From contig NZBN01000002.1 in NCBI GenBank assembly GCA_002687935.1, positions 102,592-166,591 of the forward strand: a stretch of DNA of 64,000 nucleotides, in the 5' to 3' direction. This document shows positions 9,580-18,180 of this stretch, in pieces (within the stretch, counting starts at the first letter, position 1; every line of letters begins with the position of its first letter). The notes below the pieces were generated by a model, which was given only the letters and a program-made list of their open reading frames with translations, was not told the origin of the DNA and made no database searches. Both the position numbers and the translations under genes were made by a program. This DNA comes from Methanobacteriota archaeon (GTDB lineage Archaea > Undinarchaeota > Undinarchaeia > Undinarchaeales > Undinarchaeaceae).

Positions 9580-9807
9580 CTAAGAGTCGCACTTGCTCAT
9601 TCCACACTCAGGATTTGTACAGGAAGAACAGCCCTGTTCAACTTTTAGAGTATTTTTTCCACAATTTGGACATTTTGCAAGGGAAGCTTCATCAGTAGAC
9701 TCTTCTCCATCAGCAGAATCTGTATCAGAAGTCACTTCTTCTATTTCAGAGAGACTTTCCACTTCCTGTAGAGAAATTGTAGCTTGTCCGAATTTAATCA
9801 CCATCAC
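9580..9807 (-). CDS. Stand-alone NrdJ C-terminal Zn-ribbon/cysteine-tail protein
   Basis: Acidic linker then KCPNCG...EQGCSSCTNPECGMSKCDS, matching the usual class II RNR C-terminus. GTGA/TGATG overlap with nrdJ1 stop; GGGGGTG SD-like sequence upstream. Confidence 0.8.
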   Translation of the reverse strand: MMVIKFGQATISLQEVESLSEIEEVTSDTDSADGEESTDEASLAKCPNCGKNTLKVEQGCSSCTNPECGMSKCDS

Positions 9808-12314
9808 TTAACACCCCCTAAGTCAATCTTTCCAGATTTTACTGCATGATAAACTGTAGTCAGCCGACCATCTGCAAGAGATATTATACTGTCTCCTTTG
9901 AGAGTCTGCTTCTTGCCATCTTCAGAAGCTATTTTGAAGATCTTGTTCTTGAAATCCTGGAATTCTGAAGATTTGCTTCCAATACTGAGAATGGGGTAAC
10001 GACTCCCTTCCCTGTATATTGTTATACCTTTGAGACCCTTTCTCCATGCCTCAAGATACATGTTTGAAATCACCTCAGGCTCTATATCCTCAGGAAGATT
10101 ACAAGTGGATGAAATGCTGTGGTCTATGTATTTCTGGCAAATGGACTGAACCTCTATTCTCTTCTGCGGAACAATGTTATGAGCTGTTCTAAAGAAATGT
10201 TCAGGAAGTAGCCCCTTCAGAGAATCATCCGATTCCAGATTTTCAACTTTGTCAGAAAGTCCTTTAATATCCAAATAAGCCTGAACAGTTCCATGAAATA
10301 CTTTGAAAATTTTATTTCCGAAGGATTCTGAACGTCTTGTATAGTAGAGAGCAAAGATTGGCTCAACTCCGCCACTTACACCCATATAGTTTTTATCTCC
10401 GTCTTTAAAACCAAGAACTATATTTGAAATTGAACCAGTGGGGGCTATTGAAAGAAGTGCAATATTTCTAAGACCTTTTTCCTTAATGATTTGTTTTGTT
10501 TCTTCATCCAAGCTTTCCTGGAAAAAGGGATTTTTAGAATATTTCTCATAGTCATAAATAGCTGAGCTTCCTTTTTCCTCTGCGAGATGTGCAGAAGTTC
10601 TGTAAATTGTATTTGCGATGCGGCACATAACTTTCTCTATAATTTCAAGAGCTTCATCAGAATCATATCCAAGGCCAAGCTGATTCAAAAGGTCTGCAAT
10701 CCCCATAACACCGATACCGAGTCTGCGGGTTTCTCCGGCGGCAATTCTCTGACTCTCGAGAGCATTGAGGCTCTCATTCCATGTAACAACATTGTCAAGG
10801 AATCTTGTCAGATTTTTTGCAGAATGGTCGAGTCTCTCAAAATTAATTGAGGCATTATCAGTATATCCCTTGTCCACCATTCTTGAGAGATTTATAGAAC
10901 CTAAGTTGCAGGCACCTCCATCTTCAAGAGGAACTTCGCCACAAGGATTCGTTGAGCTTATGGGACGTTCGACATAGTTTGAAGGAGAATACTTAGTCAT
11001 AGAAGACCAGAAAATAAGTCCTGGTTCAGCAGTCTGATAATTTCCCTCAATGAAAAGATCCCAGACTTCTCTTGCCTTAACCAAATTTCTTACTTCCCCT
11101 GTATCATCTGATGCAAAATATAGTAAGAAATCACCAGAGTATTTGACAGCCAAGTCATAATCTTTGTTTGTTTCTAGCGAGTAATCACCATAAATATCTC
11201 TCTTTTTGATATCTTCAAGATCTGAAACATTTACCTTAAGGTCGTAATCACTGTGCAGTTTTTCATTGAGTGAGTCTATAGAGTCGAAATCCCCGAGTAG
11301 CTCGTATTCAGAAACATCTTTTGAAGGCACCCCATGGGAATAATTAAGAGCAAGAGTCTGAGGAGCTTTCATAACCGTTCCCTTCGGCTTTTTATAAAGA
11401 AGTAATTTATCAGAATCATGACTTGTTTGCTCGTCAACTGCCTGCATAAATTCATCTGAAACTTTTATACTTATATTTGCGAAACGGATTTGAGTATTGT
11501 CACGGACTTGTTTCTCAATTATTTCCAGCTGAGCATCAGTAAACTTGCCTGACCAGCTACACTGCTCAACAATTTGCTTAGTAACCCAGTTAGAAACCTT
11601 CTTTACTTTTAGGAAGTCCATAATGTCCGGATGCTTGACATCCAGAGTAAGCATAAGAGCACCTCTTCTTCCAGACTGACCAATTAGACCAGTAGTTAGT
11701 GAATAAATATCCATAAAAGAGACTGCCCCTGTAGATGTGTCAGCGGCGTTGTGGACCACAGCTCCCTTTGGACGAAGGGTGGATACATCAATCCCGATTC
11801 CCCCTCCATAAGATTCAGTTCTCGCGCACTGATATGCGGCATCATATATTGACTCTATACTGTCTTTTTTAATGAGAGCAACAAAGCAATTTGCAAGTGT
11901 TTTCAGGCGATAAAGATCTCCGGCTCCTGCGAGAACTCTCCCACCAGGAACATAATAACCATTATATAAATCATTGTAAAATTCAGACGCCCATTTTTCT
12001 CGCCCCTCATCAGAATCTTCAAGGGAAGCAATGAAGGCAGAAAGTCTTGCATAAACATCCTCTGGCCTCTTATCAACAAGATTTATGTCCAAATCCTTTA
12101 GATAATATTTTTTCTCGAATATGTTTTTTGCAAGTTCATTTCCGCAAAGATAGTCTGTAGAGTGGAGGGGAAGTGTCCCGTCTGCCTGTTTTTCCTTGAC
12201 ATATGAAAGAAGTTTTTTATAAGTCTGAACCGGTTCTTCACCAACTTTTTTAGCAAGATTGCTATCAAAATCAAACATATTAGCATAGCCATTAAGTGTT
12301 TCAGATTTTTGCAT
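9804..12314 (-). CDS. nrdJ: Class II (AdoCbl) ribonucleotide reductase paralog 1: canonical active site, no ATP cone, no Cys tail
   Basis: VPGGRVLAGAG, LANCFV, GQSGRRGALM, STNPCGEVPL, ACNLGSINL, IAPTGSIS, GLKGITIYREGSR. The C-terminal ~100 aa, including everything after the core, contain no Cys. Confidence 0.93.
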   Translation of the reverse strand: MQKSETLNGYANMFDFDSNLAKKVGEEPVQTYKKLLSYVKEKQADGTLPLHSTDYLCGNELAKNIFEKKYYLKDLDINLVDKRPEDVYARLSAFIASLEDSDEGREKWASEFYNDLYNGYYVPGGRVLAGAGDLYRLKTLANCFVALIKKDSIESIYDAAYQCARTESYGGGIGIDVSTLRPKGAVVHNAADTSTGAVSFMDIYSLTTGLIGQSGRRGALMLTLDVKHPDIMDFLKVKKVSNWVTKQIVEQCSWSGKFTDAQLEIIEKQVRDNTQIRFANISIKVSDEFMQAVDEQTSHDSDKLLLYKKPKGTVMKAPQTLALNYSHGVPSKDVSEYELLGDFDSIDSLNEKLHSDYDLKVNVSDLEDIKKRDIYGDYSLETNKDYDLAVKYSGDFLLYFASDDTGEVRNLVKAREVWDLFIEGNYQTAEPGLIFWSSMTKYSPSNYVERPISSTNPCGEVPLEDGGACNLGSINLSRMVDKGYTDNASINFERLDHSAKNLTRFLDNVVTWNESLNALESQRIAAGETRRLGIGVMGIADLLNQLGLGYDSDEALEIIEKVMCRIANTIYRTSAHLAEEKGSSAIYDYEKYSKNPFFQESLDEETKQIIKEKGLRNIALLSIAPTGSISNIVLGFKDGDKNYMGVSGGVEPIFALYYTRRSESFGNKIFKVFHGTVQAYLDIKGLSDKVENLESDDSLKGLLPEHFFRTAHNIVPQKRIEVQSICQKYIDHSISSTCNLPEDIEPEVISNMYLEAWRKGLKGITIYREGSRYPILSIGSKSSEFQDFKNKIFKIASEDGKKQTLKGDSIISLADGRLTTVYHAVKSGKIDLGGVK

Positions 12315-14125
12315 TATTTTTTCCTCCCCTCAAATTTGATATATTTTGAACCTGATTTCTGCGCCTTATCCAAAAGATTCTGAAGACCACCAGATTCTGG
12401 AACTGGAAGTGACTGTAAAGCTCCCCCCTCGAGAAATGGAAGTAAGCTAGACTCAGATAAAAGCTTATTGGATGCATCGAGCTCCGAGGAAGCCCAAAAG
12501 GAAGGAGTGTAAGCACCAATTTTTGATGCGGCATTATAATTTATTGAATCCACTTTAAAAAATCTCTCCAGAATTTGTGTAGCCGGGCACCCTGCTATTT
12601 GAAAATCCAGACCGCTTTGCGCTCTGTATTCTTCGGCATTTTCCTTCATCCTTCCAAGAACTTTGCGACCGAAGTCTTGGGCAGTTTTTTCAGATAACTG
12701 AGAACCAGTTACAAGTTCTACAAATTCATTCATCCCAGTTATTCCAAGTGAAAGTGGTTGGATATCCGGAATCAAATAAGACTCGTCGTCAAGAATTTTT
12801 TGCTGAAGAAACGGTAGAAGATTTCCTTCCATACTTCGATGAACGACTTCTCTTTTTAGGAAAAGTATGTCCTTTGCCGCCGCCATTCTCTGATCCAGAA
12901 TAGTAAAAATCCTAGCCTCATCACTGCCAGAATCATATGCAATTTTAGGAAGATTGAGAGTGACAGTTTGAAGAACTCCTCCACGTGAAACTTCACTCTT
13001 AGGATAATTGAAAACATACGATGAGTTTTGATATGTAAGACCTTCCTGATTTCCAAGAACGAAATGAGGAGTCTGGAATTTTTCTGCAAGTTCAAGTGCC
13101 TTGGAAAGTAAGTCCTCAGAAGGAGAATCCCCAAGGAAGAGATTAAGTTGAGGATAGTCAAAGGGCTTTCCTGCATAATCTCCCTGAATATAAATATCCA
13201 GGACAGCCATAGCAATGGATTTTGACTCTTCAGAATAGTCAGAGTAAACACCTTTAGTGGAACCGCCTGAAGAAACTGCATCAGAAGAGGCAAGATTTTT
13301 AGGAATCTCAAAATGCAAATCAATTGTAGAAGTCATAGTCTGACCCCCACGAGTTACATACATGTGGCTCATTTCAAAAACGAACATCTGAACCAGTTGT
13401 TTTATTTTTGTATAATCGAGACCTTTGACATATGGCGCAAGAAGAACATTGAAGGCTATGAGACCCTGACTCCCTGAGCAATTTATCTGTGCAGCAGATA
13501 GAACTCTAGAAGCCTGGAGGAAGGCCACATCAGAAGCCTTTGCAGGACCAGCGACAGGAGCGAAGAGTCCAAGTCCGTCAACTTTGAGACCATTTCTTAG
13601 GAAGGGTCTGAGATCATGTGAAAGGCAGTAAGGTCTTGTTGCAAAATAATTCAGCCGATGAATATGTAAATTCCCACTCATGTGGTCATCAACGCGAGTT
13701 GGCGGAAGTATATTCACATAGGTATATTCTCTTGAAACAAGGTCCGCCATCATTTTATGAACTGTTTCAGGATTATGTGGAATTTTTTCAGTCTCAGATG
13801 GACCTGTAAAAATTAGCTCACGGACATCATAGACAGGCATTCCAAGACGAGTGTACCTCATTCTGGCGGATTCGTAACCGTGTTCAAGAAGCTTCACGTT
13901 GACTATCTCCCTTATCAGAGGAGCAGTTAGATACTTTAAGTGCATTCTAGAGACATCGTGCTCAACTTCCTGAGAGATTGACTTGGCGATTGACTCATCT
14001 ATACTTGTCTCCTCCACCAGAGACCTTACAATCTTCTCCTTACTAAAGGGAACGAGAATATTTTGAGATGTCCTGACACGTACGGATTCAGGTTTTTCTA
14101 TTGAAGAGGAAACTTGCGCAGTCAT
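12314..14125 (-). CDS. Class III (NrdD)-like protein with ATP cone, catalytically degenerate and C-terminally truncated
   Basis: ATP cone, then LTAPLIREIVNVKLLEHG, GNLHIH, RPYCLSHDLR, RGGQT, GKPFDYP, GVLQTVTLNLPKIA. Lacks the C-terminal CxxC pairs and RxxGY loop. Start re-called to ATG 14125 (AGGTGG SD). Confidence 0.85.
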   Translation of the reverse strand: MTAQVSSSIEKPESVRVRTSQNILVPFSKEKIVRSLVEETSIDESIAKSISQEVEHDVSRMHLKYLTAPLIREIVNVKLLEHGYESARMRYTRLGMPVYDVRELIFTGPSETEKIPHNPETVHKMMADLVSREYTYVNILPPTRVDDHMSGNLHIHRLNYFATRPYCLSHDLRPFLRNGLKVDGLGLFAPVAGPAKASDVAFLQASRVLSAAQINCSGSQGLIAFNVLLAPYVKGLDYTKIKQLVQMFVFEMSHMYVTRGGQTMTSTIDLHFEIPKNLASSDAVSSGGSTKGVYSDYSEESKSIAMAVLDIYIQGDYAGKPFDYPQLNLFLGDSPSEDLLSKALELAEKFQTPHFVLGNQEGLTYQNSSYVFNYPKSEVSRGGVLQTVTLNLPKIAYDSGSDEARIFTILDQRMAAAKDILFLKREVVHRSMEGNLLPFLQQKILDDESYLIPDIQPLSLGITGMNEFVELVTGSQLSEKTAQDFGRKVLGRMKENAEEYRAQSGLDFQIAGCPATQILERFFKVDSINYNAASKIGAYTPSFWASSELDASNKLLSESSLLPFLEGGALQSLPVPESGGLQNLLDKAQKSGSKYIKFEGRKK

Positions 14126-14134
14126 TTCTACCAC

Positions 14135-14220
14135 CTTAAAACTTTCTTATGTGTATTTTGTGATAATTCAAAAAGCTTTAAATACATTTTTAAACCATAC
14201 ACACATTAAACCGATTAAAG
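14135..14220. promoter_or_regulatory. Divergent promoter region between RNR cluster and TrmB regulator
   Basis: 86-nt AT-rich gap with TTTAAATA and TTTTAAA tracts and short TGTATTT/AAATACA inverted half-sites. Confidence 0.45.
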
Positions 14221-15114
14221 GTGGGAAATATGCTAGACCCTGAATTCAGAACACTACTCAAAGAAGAATATGGTTTCAGAGAAAACCACTTAATTTTGCT
14301 AAGCCATTTTATGTCTAATAAAAAAAAGAAACTTTCAGCAGAAAGTCTTTGGACTGAAACTGAAGTTCCTAAAGGAAGGATTTACGAATTTTTAAACGAC
14401 CTTGTTGACTGGGGATTCCTTGAAGTTGAATACAAAAAACCAAAAACCTACTCAATACTAAACCTGAAGGAAGCTCTACAAAACGCCATAAGTAGGAAAG
14501 AACGAAAATTAACTGAGACAGAAAAAAAGACTCTTGAAATGGCAAACAAAATAGAAAAAAGCTGGCGTACAGAAGTCGGAGAAAAAACAGGGAGCATACA
14601 AATTATAAGCAGTCCTGAGGAATTTTACATAAAAGCCCGTGAAATGTTAATGGACAGTACAGAGGCGAAGGTTTCAGAAAGAACACCTCTCCTCTTCCTT
14701 TCTACAGAAAGGAACTCAACATGGAGGAGGAGAACTTATGAGAGCATGATAGATATGACAGAAGCAAAGCGCCTAGATTTGAAATATATATTCTCTCTTG
14801 AAAATATAATAAAAATTGCATCTGAAAATGAAAACGCAGATGAAGTAATAAACAGTTTAAAGGATTCTCTTGAAAACGGCAACCTAACATGCAGATATGT
14901 AGCAGGAACCGGAATTGAGAGCATGCTTATTGTAAAAGACAGAGCACTTCTTGGAATTGTTTCTCCTAAAAGCGGATCTGTGGAAAATGGATTATACACT
15001 GAATCGAAGGAAATGGTGGATTCACTCCACAAGATGTATGACCTTGTATTTGATGAAGCTGAAACCCTTGGAATTAAAACTCTGCAGATATTAGGAAAGG
15101 CCCTGGAAGAATAA
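14221..15114 (+). CDS. TrmB-family transcriptional regulator
   Basis: N-terminal wHTH (LSAESLWTETEVPKGRIYEFLNDLVDWGFLEV...PKTY), coiled coil, then C-terminal effector-type domain. Confidence 0.85.
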   Translation: MGNMLDPEFRTLLKEEYGFRENHLILLSHFMSNKKKKLSAESLWTETEVPKGRIYEFLNDLVDWGFLEVEYKKPKTYSILNLKEALQNAISRKERKLTETEKKTLEMANKIEKSWRTEVGEKTGSIQIISSPEEFYIKAREMLMDSTEAKVSERTPLLFLSTERNSTWRRRTYESMIDMTEAKRLDLKYIFSLENIIKIASENENADEVINSLKDSLENGNLTCRYVAGTGIESMLIVKDRALLGIVSPKSGSVENGLYTESKEMVDSLHKMYDLVFDEAETLGIKTLQILGKALEE

Positions 15115-15126
15115 ATTTATCTGGAT

Positions 15127-17973
15127 TTAATTATTTTCAGGGAAGGATTCTGAAAGCTCAATCTTTCTAAGCTTGCCCAGTTTGTATGTTTTAATTAGAC
15201 CCCTTCTTTCAAGGGTGTCGACCCAGCGAGACAGACTTGTAGTTGGAATGCCAGTTGCGTGGTAGATTTTTGCCTGAGTTGTTTTACCATCATTTTGTAA
15301 AATAAATTCTAGAATCTCCTTTGCCCGTGGATTGAGCATGTTCATCACTGAACTTGCTTCCTTTGACACAGTAATTTCGGACATGTTTGGCTTTGAAGGT
15401 TTCACCGAATCCTGAGATATCTTTCTGGAGAATTTTAGAGGACGTGGAATCTTTAACTCAGGAAGACCAGTTCTCATAACATAGGTAGATATTAAGAGAA
15501 ACATAAGAATTCCGCCAATCGACATAGTTGCGACACCTTTGTGGGCTCCTGACCAGACAACAAGACCGGAAACCCAGGAATTTGAATTGTCCTGCTCAGC
15601 ATCAACAGGGATATTTATCTTGTGAGTTTCTGCATCAGAAGAGTAGGAAAGTGAAGTATTATCTGAAATTAAATTTTCAGAAGAATTGACTTGCTCTTCT
15701 ACAGATACAGGTGCTTGTGCAGGAGCTGAATTAAAGCTTCCGCCACCTCCACCGCCTCCGCCGCCTCCAGCAGAGGAGCTTTGAGCTGGCTCATCTTTTT
15801 GGTATCTAAGGATGAAGATGAGGCTCTCATTTGAATCCATGTTTCTTGTGAAAGTGACTACACCTGAAGAGTGGGTGACACCATTAAGAGAACTATTATT
15901 ACCTGACTCAGAAACATTAAGTGAATCGTTGTGAGCATCACTAAGAGTAAATGAGATAACAACAGAATAGGACAGCAAAGAATCGGAATTTACAACGCTG
16001 AGATTCCTTGCAACAGAGAGAGTATCGCTTGGAGCTGAAACTGAAGTGGTGTATTCACTACCGAGTTCGAGGGAAACTAGATTGGACTTCATACAGGACT
16101 CTATATTCGATATATTAGACCAGTTCCCGGAATCAAGTGTAGTCTGATTTTGTGAAAGTGTACAATTCCAACCTGTTCTTCCAGTAAGAGGAATGGCAAT
16201 ATTGGAAAAGTTTGTAGAGCCAGTATTAAGGATACTAATATCTCTTGAAATTGATGTAGAGCCACCGGCGACGACGGAAGCTGAAGCCTGCCAAGCAGAA
16301 TAGGACTCATCGAGAGCATCTCCGGACCAGTTTGCACTGATTGTATAAGAAGTACCTGAATTAAAGGAAGACAAATTTCCAGAACAGAGAGTGCAGTTTA
16401 AAGAATCAGAAAAAGACCAGGAAATATTCGAATAATTTACTGAGCCACTATTGTTCAGAAGATAAGACAGAGAGGCATGCTGGACTGAGATGCTAGAAGT
16501 CCTGTTTAATTCCTGACTTGAGTTTAGAATTGATTTTGAGAGATGATTTGTTAGAAGATATGTTGTATTTGGAAGAGAGCTATTTGAAGGAAGTAGAATA
16601 CTTGAGTTTACTGAACAGACCTTTCTATTATTCAGTGTTGAAACAGTTCCGCTTATTCCACTGATACTGCAGGAGCTTGTTCCGCCGTCGACATAGAACT
16701 TAGTTATATTAAGTGAAAGTGAGGGAGACGAAGTAAAGGAGATTGCTTCTTCTAAGTTTGCAGTACTTCCAAAGGAGTTTGACAAGGAAATAATGTAAAC
16801 TGAGGAAATTGCACCACTGTGATTGTAAGTCAGATTGACATCCAGACGGTTCAGCTCCAGTATGGCTTCTGCTTCAGAATAAAATCGGAGAGGAACTTGG
16901 CAAGACGAATTCAAATAAGTACAGCTTCCAATATAGGAATTAATTGCAGATGAAAAATCTCCTGTTGAATTATTATCAGCGGCGTAAAAACCTGAGACAG
17001 ACCAGACCTGGGTGCTTCCAGCACGCAGATTTGGATTTTTTGGGGTCTTTGGAATTAAAACTGTGCTGGCGCCACCTTTTGTAAACTGGAAATAGTCCAT
17101 ATCCGCAAGAGCTGAGCCTCCGGAAACACCGAATTTGAACTCAGAAAAGGTTTGCCCTCCGCAGTTTGAATTCATACAAGTCATATGACTTGTCTGGAGA
17201 ACCTGCTTCCCATCAACATATATTGTATTCACTTTGCCGTTTTCTAGATAGGTATAACGATAAGTGTGCCACTCAGTAGCATCAAGACTGTAATTGTCCG
17301 TATGTGTGTATACGTCCCCTGGAGCATTAGCAGAATCTTTGAATTTTACATGATCTGTGTATATTTCCATTGCATTTCCTTTGAAATTATTATAGGAACC
17401 GCCACCTGCAAATTCTGAACCTCTGTGGAAACTAAAAATCATTTGTCCTGAAGAACTGTTAGAAATGCGGGCTCTGAACTCAACCGTAAAATTATCAAAT
17501 TGATCTGGTCTGTACTGAGAATTCAGATTCCAATAGCCACTTGAACCATTCATATTCAATATACCGGAACTTATTGAAGAACGTGTATTTCCACTTTCAG
17601 ACCAATTATAGAAAGTCTCATTAGGAAGCTGGCTGGCAGAGTAAGTCCAGTCCCAGTTCTCCCCTGCAAGAGACTGATGACCAATTAACCAGAGCTGTGC
17701 CCCTGAAACTGAGGTTCCGTTTGGAATACTGATATTAGAATATGTATAAATTGACTGGGAAAATGTATGATTTACGGGAAGATAGGAAGAACTTAGTGAA
17801 TTTTCATAAAAGGAAAACACAGGATTCTCCGTGTCAAGTGTAAAGCTTGTTTGGACAAGAGCAAATGAAGATGTTGAGAAAATGCACAAAAACACGAAAG
17901 ACATAGAAAATAATAGTCCATATCTAGCGAGTGCAGAACTTTTGTATATGTTTTTGTCCAAAAAACTGGACAT
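15127..17973 (-). CDS. Large Ser/Asn-rich surface protein: signal/TM, ConA/LamG-like domain, poly-Gly linker, TM, C-terminal winged-helix domain
   Basis: FTVEFRARI...WHTYRYTY...IYVDGKQV (LamG-like); SSSAGGGGGGGGGGS; TM MSIGGILMFLLISTYVM; RAKEILEFILQNDGKTTQAKIYHATGIPTTSLSRWVDTLERRGLI. Start re-called at 17973 after GGGGGTGGT. Confidence 0.75.
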   Translation of the reverse strand: MSSFLDKNIYKSSALARYGLLFSMSFVFLCIFSTSSFALVQTSFTLDTENPVFSFYENSLSSSYLPVNHTFSQSIYTYSNISIPNGTSVSGAQLWLIGHQSLAGENWDWTYSASQLPNETFYNWSESGNTRSSISSGILNMNGSSGYWNLNSQYRPDQFDNFTVEFRARISNSSSGQMIFSFHRGSEFAGGGSYNNFKGNAMEIYTDHVKFKDSANAPGDVYTHTDNYSLDATEWHTYRYTYLENGKVNTIYVDGKQVLQTSHMTCMNSNCGGQTFSEFKFGVSGGSALADMDYFQFTKGGASTVLIPKTPKNPNLRAGSTQVWSVSGFYAADNNSTGDFSSAINSYIGSCTYLNSSCQVPLRFYSEAEAILELNRLDVNLTYNHSGAISSVYIISLSNSFGSTANLEEAISFTSSPSLSLNITKFYVDGGTSSCSISGISGTVSTLNNRKVCSVNSSILLPSNSSLPNTTYLLTNHLSKSILNSSQELNRTSSISVQHASLSYLLNNSGSVNYSNISWSFSDSLNCTLCSGNLSSFNSGTSYTISANWSGDALDESYSAWQASASVVAGGSTSISRDISILNTGSTNFSNIAIPLTGRTGWNCTLSQNQTTLDSGNWSNISNIESCMKSNLVSLELGSEYTTSVSAPSDTLSVARNLSVVNSDSLLSYSVVISFTLSDAHNDSLNVSESGNNSSLNGVTHSSGVVTFTRNMDSNESLIFILRYQKDEPAQSSSAGGGGGGGGGGSFNSAPAQAPVSVEEQVNSSENLISDNTSLSYSSDAETHKINIPVDAEQDNSNSWVSGLVVWSGAHKGVATMSIGGILMFLLISTYVMRTGLPELKIPRPLKFSRKISQDSVKPSKPNMSEITVSKEASSVMNMLNPRAKEILEFILQNDGKTTQAKIYHATGIPTTSLSRWVDTLERRGLIKTYKLGKLRKIELSESFPENN

Positions 17974-18180
17974 TTTACCACCCCCAAGTGCTCCGTGAAG
18001 GAGGCTGTATATAAATATTCGGATATTGTTGTATATTGTTCCAAATTGGCTCAAATTACTGAACATTTCTCCACCTCTGTACTAAAATGTGTGTTTGACC
18101 TATTTAAAAAAAATCCCGCGAAGCCAAGGGAAGAACGCTTTAACAATATATAAAAAGGACAATTATCATCAAAGCCAGTT

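Noticed and set aside
9580-9807. Small Cys protein as the detached Zn site of the NrdD-like gene
   Set aside because: No RxxGY loop, and the EQGC..C...CG.SKC pattern matches class II tails instead.
11085-11435. Intein in NrdJ1
   Set aside because: No Cys/Ser start, His-Asn end or LAGLIDADG blocks; treated as an ordinary insertion.
14135-14220. Cobalamin riboswitch or NrdR box upstream of the RNR cluster
   Set aside because: Too short and AT-rich for a B12 element; no recognisable NrdR-box palindrome.
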